Assembly: GCA_963662655.2 (NCBI GenBank)
Contig: CAXXTU010000002.1
Coordinates: 1,920,001-1,984,000 of the forward strand
From: Candidatus Cloacimonadales bacterium
GTDB lineage: Bacteria; Cloacimonadota; Cloacimonadia; Cloacimonadales; JAIOQZ01
Direction: 5' to 3'
Length of the DNA stretch: 64,000 bases
Under the pieces are notes generated by a model. That model was not told the DNA's origin, did no database searches, and worked only from the letters and a program-made list of their open reading frames with translations. A program made the position numbers and the translations under genes. This document shows, piece by piece, positions 58,783 to 64,000 of this stretch (within the stretch, counting starts at the first letter, position 1; each line of letters starts with the position of its first letter).

Positions 58783-60519
58783 ATGAAAGGTAAATGGTTT
58801 TTGTTTGGATGTCTCTCATCCGTAATTATTTTGATCGCACTCATCGTATTGGGTCTTTTCGGGCTGAAATCGATCATCCCCGATCAGGGCCACAAAAAGA
58901 TCGAGGCTGGCTCTTGGCTCTGGCTTCCGCTTCACGAACAGATTCAGGAATACGTGGAATACGACGACACGTTCATGCCTGAAATGAACATCTCGTCCTG
59001 CCACGAGATCGTCCAGCTCATCCAGCAGGCCGAGACGGACGACAGAATCAGGGGTATTCTCCTCGAACCGCACCACACCGTCGCAAGCACCGTGGTCAGG
59101 GATCGGATCGGGAAAGCTCTCCGGCGCTTCAACGCCACCGGCAAACCGGTTATCGCGTACATCGAAGACGCCTCGGACAGCGACTATTACCTCGCTTCCT
59201 ACGCTAAGAAAATCTGCATGCCCCCCATCAAATCCTCGTCACTCATGCTGACGGGCGTTGGCGGAACCATGCTTTTCTACAAGACCATGCTGGATAAGCT
59301 GGGCATACACTTCGAGGTATTCCAGGCGGGTGACTATAAAGGCGCGGGGGAAACCATGTCTCGCGATTCCATGTCGCCCTACCTGCGCAAGAACCTCGAG
59401 GGGATCATCGACGGAATGTACGAGTACAAGCTTCAGCAGCTTGCCGCCAACCGCGACGACCTGGACTACGAAACGCTGAAGAACACGATTTACGAAAAGA
59501 GGGACAACTTCTTCATCACACCTGACAAAGCGCTCGAGTTCAAGCTCGTGGACGAGCTGAAGTATCGTTCCGACCTCATCGACGAGCTGTCGATCGACGA
59601 CGACAACCTCATCAAATATACCCGTTATGATATTAAACCCGTCATGCCGAACATGAACAACGTTGCCGTTGTTTACGCGGAAGGCATGATTACCGGGGCG
59701 TCCGATCAGTTTGGAAAAAGCTCGATCAGCGAGAAGAAGATATCGTCGATCCTCGACGACATCGAAGACGATTCGACGGTCAAGGCTGTCGTGATCCGCG
59801 TGAACAGCCCGGGCGGAAGCGCGCTGGAATCGGATAAAATCTGGAAGAGAATTCAGAAGCTCCGCGATACGGGCATGCCCGTAGTCGTTTCCATGGGGGG
59901 CGTAGCGGCTTCCGGAGGATATTACATATCCTGCCCATCCGATTTCGTCTACGCCGAACCGGCCACCATCACCGGCTCCATCGGCGTTATCGCCATGATT
60001 CCCGTCGCAGAGGGAACCGCCGATATGATCGGCCTCAAAAAAGACGGCATCCACCGCGGTAAATTCGCTGTTCCGTATCATCCGTTGATGGGCATGTCGC
60101 CGGCGTTCAAGGAATCCATGGGCGATCACATCGGCATCGTATACGATGAATTCAAGATGCGCGTTGCCGAAGGCAGAAGCGTCGAGTTCGAAGATGTGGA
60201 AGCGTTCGCACAGGGACAGGTTTTCACAAGCGAAGTAGCGCTGAAGAACAGAATGATCGATGAAATCGGAACGCTCGACGACGCGATCAAGAAGGCTTCC
60301 TCGCTGGCAAACCTTACGGGATACGGTACCGTATTCTATCCCGAGAAACGCTCCCTCATTCAGGAACTGCTGGAAGAGAAGTTCAACATCCCGCTCTCGA
60401 AGATGGCCGTGCTGAACTGGTTGTTGCCGGCAGAAGCGATGGATCAGACCGGAATGATTATGCATGTCATTCAGGATGATCAGGTTCAGATGCTCATGCC
60501 TTGCGAGATACAGAACTGA
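58783..60519 (+). CDS. sppA: Signal peptide peptidase SppA (long form)
   Basis: YYLAS, GDYKGAGE, RVNSPGGS, AASGGYY and TGSIGV motifs. Confidence 0.93.
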   Translation: MKGKWFLFGCLSSVIILIALIVLGLFGLKSIIPDQGHKKIEAGSWLWLPLHEQIQEYVEYDDTFMPEMNISSCHEIVQLIQQAETDDRIRGILLEPHHTVASTVVRDRIGKALRRFNATGKPVIAYIEDASDSDYYLASYAKKICMPPIKSSSLMLTGVGGTMLFYKTMLDKLGIHFEVFQAGDYKGAGETMSRDSMSPYLRKNLEGIIDGMYEYKLQQLAANRDDLDYETLKNTIYEKRDNFFITPDKALEFKLVDELKYRSDLIDELSIDDDNLIKYTRYDIKPVMPNMNNVAVVYAEGMITGASDQFGKSSISEKKISSILDDIEDDSTVKAVVIRVNSPGGSALESDKIWKRIQKLRDTGMPVVVSMGGVAASGGYYISCPSDFVYAEPATITGSIGVIAMIPVAEGTADMIGLKKDGIHRGKFAVPYHPLMGMSPAFKESMGDHIGIVYDEFKMRVAEGRSVEFEDVEAFAQGQVFTSEVALKNRMIDEIGTLDDAIKKASSLANLTGYGTVFYPEKRSLIQELLEEKFNIPLSKMAVLNWLLPAEAMDQTGMIMHVIQDDQVQMLMPCEIQN

Positions 60520-60634
60520 TTGAATCACAATGGATTTTGATCATTCTCGGGGCATGTATTTTTAAAGCGCCATAGGAAAAAGTGCTTGACCAAATATCCG
60601 CTTTGAAAAGATCATCATTGTCACAGTTGAAACA

Positions 60635-60658
60635 GCCGCAGATCGCAAGATCTGCGGC
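60635..60658 (+). other. Perfect 10-bp GCAA-tetraloop hairpin in a probable 5' UTR
   Basis: GCCGCAGATC-GCAA-GATCTGCGGC between a TTGACC box at 60586 and the ATG at 60700. Confidence 0.6.
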
Positions 60659-60699
60659 GGTTCTTATGGATAACAATGATAGGATAGATGGAGGATAAC

Positions 60700-61845
60700 A
60701 TGTTTAGAACGAAGAATCTCGTAATTCTGGCAACCCTGCTTCTGTTTGCATTCAGTTCGCTCTTTGCGAGCAGAGCGTTGCGCAGCGCGAAATTGTACAG
60801 CTCTCAGGGCAAGGACGATAAAGCGCTAGAGTATTACACCAAGTACATTTCGGAAGAAACGGACACCGAGAACGAAGATTATATTGAAGCACTCTACGCT
60901 GTAAGTGAGATCTATTTCTACGAGAAAATCCCTTCACCGGACGGAACCAAGATAGACCTCTACGAAAAGGCTTATGAATATTACAATAAATGCCTCGACA
61001 CCATCGCGAAAGTTGAAGGCAAAGTCGATATCGAGAAAGAAAACATCGATCTCAAGATGGAAGACGATCAAGGCAACGTTCGCAAGATGACCTTTGCGGA
61101 CGTAAAACGCGTCAGCGCGCTGAAAGTCGATGCCTGCAGCGTCAAGATTTACAATATCGGCCTCAACTACTTTACCCAGAACGATTTCGATAACGCCAAC
61201 ACGGCCATCGACCGCCTTCTCAAGATGAATCCGGAATACGCGAACGCGTATCTCCTGCTTGGCAACATCGCCATCAAGCAGGAGAATCTGGAAAAGGCTG
61301 CCGAGTATTTCACCATCGCAGCTGAAAAAGAACCTGAGCGCAACGAGCTGAAAGCGACCGCCGCTTCGATTCTCTACAACCTCAAGCGCTATCAGGACGC
61401 CGCCAACCTCTACATGAAAATGGCTGTCGCGGAACCGGATACCTCCGCTCATTACATGAACATGGCAATCTGCTATGTGAACATGAAAAACGACTCCCTG
61501 GCGTACCTGAATTTCCAGAAGACACTGGAGCTCGATCCGTACAACGCCGACGCGCTGGTCTACGCCAGCAACTACGCGATGGAGTATAAAGAGAACAAGA
61601 AGAGAGCGGAATATCTGGGCAAGCTTGTCGAGTTGCACCCGGAGAATACGGAATACCTCATGTCGCTTTGCTACCTTCTTTACAACGAGAAGATGTACGA
61701 CGAAGTACTGAAATACGCCGAGATGTGGCACAACCTTCAACCCAACGAGAAACAGGCCGTTCAGCTTCTTTACCGCGCTTCTACCGAGCTCAAGAAAAAC
61801 GACCTCGTCAAGAAATACGAAGCGATGCTGAAGAAGATGAAATAA
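60700..61845 (+). CDS. Secreted tetratricopeptide repeat protein
   Basis: Signal peptide and TPR-like repeats. Start MFRTK after GGAGG. Confidence 0.85.
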   Translation: MFRTKNLVILATLLLFAFSSLFASRALRSAKLYSSQGKDDKALEYYTKYISEETDTENEDYIEALYAVSEIYFYEKIPSPDGTKIDLYEKAYEYYNKCLDTIAKVEGKVDIEKENIDLKMEDDQGNVRKMTFADVKRVSALKVDACSVKIYNIGLNYFTQNDFDNANTAIDRLLKMNPEYANAYLLLGNIAIKQENLEKAAEYFTIAAEKEPERNELKATAASILYNLKRYQDAANLYMKMAVAEPDTSAHYMNMAICYVNMKNDSLAYLNFQKTLELDPYNADALVYASNYAMEYKENKKRAEYLGKLVELHPENTEYLMSLCYLLYNEKMYDEVLKYAEMWHNLQPNEKQAVQLLYRASTELKKNDLVKKYEAMLKKMK

Positions 61846-61863
61846 ACAAAGGATTTGCTAAAT

Positions 61864-61892
61864 AGAAAAGCGGCGTAACGTCGCTTTTCTTT
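61864..61892 (+). terminator. Intrinsic terminator
   Basis: AGAAAAGCGGCG-TAA-CGTCGCTTTTCTTT. Confidence 0.8.
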
Positions 61893-61959
61893 GCATATGG
61901 ATTCCACTTGACATAAAACCCTTGTTGAAATTCGCTTACTCACCGTAAAATGAATAGCT

Positions 61960-62047
<88 letters not shown>

Positions 62048-62078
62048 CATGAAATATTATAGAACCCAGGAGATAAAA

Positions 62079-63383
62079 TTGGAAAAAGAGATTAAGCAAA
62101 TCACATCGTGTGAGCATGAAATCACGATTACCGTTCCTGCCGAAGAAGCGATGCAGGAATACAAGAAAATGCTCGGGCAGTTCCGCAAGTACGCGGTTGT
62201 CCCCGGCTTCCGCAAAGGAAAAGCTCCCCTTTCGATGGTCGAGAGCCTCTATGGCGATCGCGCAAAGGAAGAAGTCACGCATGAAATGCTCAAAGACTCC
62301 TACACGAAAGCGCTGGACGAAGAAGACCTCCACCCCGTTACCGAGGCCGAACCGGTCAAGTGGGAATGGGAAAAGAACGAGCCTTTCGTGGCAACATACA
62401 GATACGAAGTGAAGCCGGAGCTGGCCGACATCGTTCACACCGGACTCGAGATCGAATTCGATCCGCAGGTTGTTACCGACGAACAGGTTGACGAGACCAT
62501 CGAGAAGACCCGCAGGGAACTCGGAAACATCGAAACCGTCGAAGGACCCGTCGTGGAAGACAGCTACGTCGATCTGGAAATCTTCGTGTCGCCGAAGGAC
62601 CTTGAAGAGCCGACGGAAGAAGATTTGAAGCCGATCGAACGCGAGATTGAAGTTGGAAAGAATCCCTTCTCCAGGGAACTCAATGAAAAGCTGATCGGTA
62701 TGAAAGCTGGCGACGAAGCCGAAGCGCCGCTCTTCGACAAGCGCGAGGACGAGCAGGACGAAGCGCGCTCGCACTACGCCGAGAACAGCTTCCGCTTCAT
62801 CGTGAAGCAGGTGAAGAAACTCGTCCTTCCCGAGCTGAACGATGAGTTCGCGAAAGACGCCGACTTCGAGTCGCTTGACGCAATGAAGGACAGCATCCGC
62901 AAGGAACTCGAGAACCACGCGAACCAGGAAAACCGTCGCGGCGAGGAAGAAGCGATCATCAGCGCGCTCATCAAAGCGAACGAGTTCGACGTTCCGAAGA
63001 GATTCGTGGAGAACTACGCGTATCAGATGTCCGAGCCGATGGCGAAGCAGTACAATATGCCGGTTGAAAATATCGTTCCTGCGTATGTACCGGTTGCCGA
63101 ACGCAATGTTCGTGAGTATTATATCGTAGATAAGCTGAAACAGATGCTTGAAATAGACGTTACGGATGATGACAAGGCAGCGATGATCGACGAGCTTGCC
63201 GAGAGTATGAATCTGAAGCCGGAAGAATACAGTGAACGCTACGCGAAACAGATTGCTTCGGATGATTTCCGTGATGCGATCGTCCGGAAGAAAATCCTGG
63301 CGAAGGTGAAAACCGATTCGAAGATCGTTCCGGTTCCGAAGGCTGAAGAGAAGAAAGAAGAAAGCACCAAAGACAAGGAGTAG
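62079..63383 (+). CDS. tig: Trigger factor
   Basis: [10 protein letters not shown] ribosome-binding motif and [10 protein letters not shown]. tRNA-Leu-tig-clpP synteny. TTG start after GGAG. Confidence 0.95.
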   Translation: MEKEIKQITSCEHEITITVPAEEAMQEYKKMLGQFRKYAVVPGFRKGKAPLSMVESLYGDRAKEEVTHEMLKDSYTKALDEEDLHPVTEAEPVKWEWEKNEPFVATYRYEVKPELADIVHTGLEIEFDPQVVTDEQVDETIEKTRRELGNIETVEGPVVEDSYVDLEIFVSPKDLEEPTEEDLKPIEREIEVGKNPFSRELNEKLIGMKAGDEAEAPLFDKREDEQDEARSHYAENSFRFIVKQVKKLVLPELNDEFAKDADFESLDAMKDSIRKELENHANQENRRGEEEAIISALIKANEFDVPKRFVENYAYQMSEPMAKQYNMPVENIVPAYVPVAERNVREYYIVDKLKQMLEIDVTDDDKAAMIDELAESMNLKPEEYSERYAKQIASDDFRDAIVRKKILAKVKTDSKIVPVPKAEEKKEESTKDKE

Positions 63384-63385
63384 TC

Positions 63386-63979
63386 ATGCCGTTAATACCC
63401 ATGGTGGTAGAGCAGAGCGGACGCAACGAACGTGCGTACGATATTTATTCACGTCTGCTCAAAGACAGGATCATTTTCTTGGGATCCCCGATCGACGACA
63501 ACGTCGCGAATCTGGTGATCGCCCAGTTGATCCACCTTGAAGGCGAAAACCCCGAGAAAGATATCTATATGTATATCAATAGTCCTGGAGGTGTAATCAC
63601 CTCCGGAATGGCTATTTACGATACCATGCAGTTCATCCGCCCTGCCGTGAGCACCATCGCGATCGGACAGGCTGCGAGTATGGCTGCCTTCCTGCTTGCC
63701 GCAGGCGAAAAAGGCAAAAGATACGCCTTGCCGAACAGCCGCGTAATGATCCACCAGCCCCTCGGTGGCGCGCAGGGCCAGGCAAGCGATATCGAAATCC
63801 AGACCAAGGAAATCCTTTACACCAAGAAACGCATGAACGAACTGCTCGCCTTCCATACGGGGCAGCCCATCGAGAAGATCGAGCAGGATTCCGACAGAAA
63901 CTTCTTCATGCGAGCAAATGAAGCTAAAGAATACGGCCTCATTGACGATGTAAAAGAGAAGAGACCGGACAAAAAATAA
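63386..63979 (+). CDS. clpP: ATP-dependent Clp protease proteolytic subunit
   Basis: [29 protein letters not shown] and MIHQPLGG motifs. Confidence 0.99.
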   Translation: MPLIPMVVEQSGRNERAYDIYSRLLKDRIIFLGSPIDDNVANLVIAQLIHLEGENPEKDIYMYINSPGGVITSGMAIYDTMQFIRPAVSTIAIGQAASMAAFLLAAGEKGKRYALPNSRVMIHQPLGGAQGQASDIEIQTKEILYTKKRMNELLAFHTGQPIEKIEQDSDRNFFMRANEAKEYGLIDDVKEKRPDKK

Positions 63980-64000
63980 GGGCTCTTCAACAGAGAGGTT

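Overview
A core-genome window from a Gram-negative bacterium, most likely Cloacimonadota (FCB group). That placement is inferred from FlgD/T9SS-like 'YPNPFNP' C-terminal domains and a 12-bp-type tRNA-Sec. The first 20.5 kb is one minus-strand translation/transcription cluster: tRNA-Thr/Tyr/Gly/Thr, tuf, rpmG, tRNA-Trp, secE, nusG, rplKAJL, rpoBC, rpsL, rpsG, fusA, a STAS plus pseudo-receiver/HATPase pair, prmC, murA and partial mnmA. The rest holds two sigma-54-type two-component systems, HU, secreted proteins with C-terminal sorting domains, an intact ISL3 element with an 8-bp target duplication, lolC/lolD/tamB-like genes, trxA, leuS, selC-selA-selB, sppA, tRNA-Leu, tig and clpP. The standout feature is the tRNA heading selAB: it has a full tRNA-Sec fold (7/5, G73, long variable arm) but a GCA (cysteine) anticodon, which suggests SelB-directed recoding of UGC/UGU codons to selenocysteine. 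Other notable items are three families of structured intergenic repeats (one with covarying stems, one a gap-free four-way junction), a roughly 500-nt structured rplL-rpoB spacer, a Leu-rich leader peptide before leuS, and an str-operon EF-G whose domain IV translocation loops are substituted. All calls were made by eye, with no database searches or folding programs.
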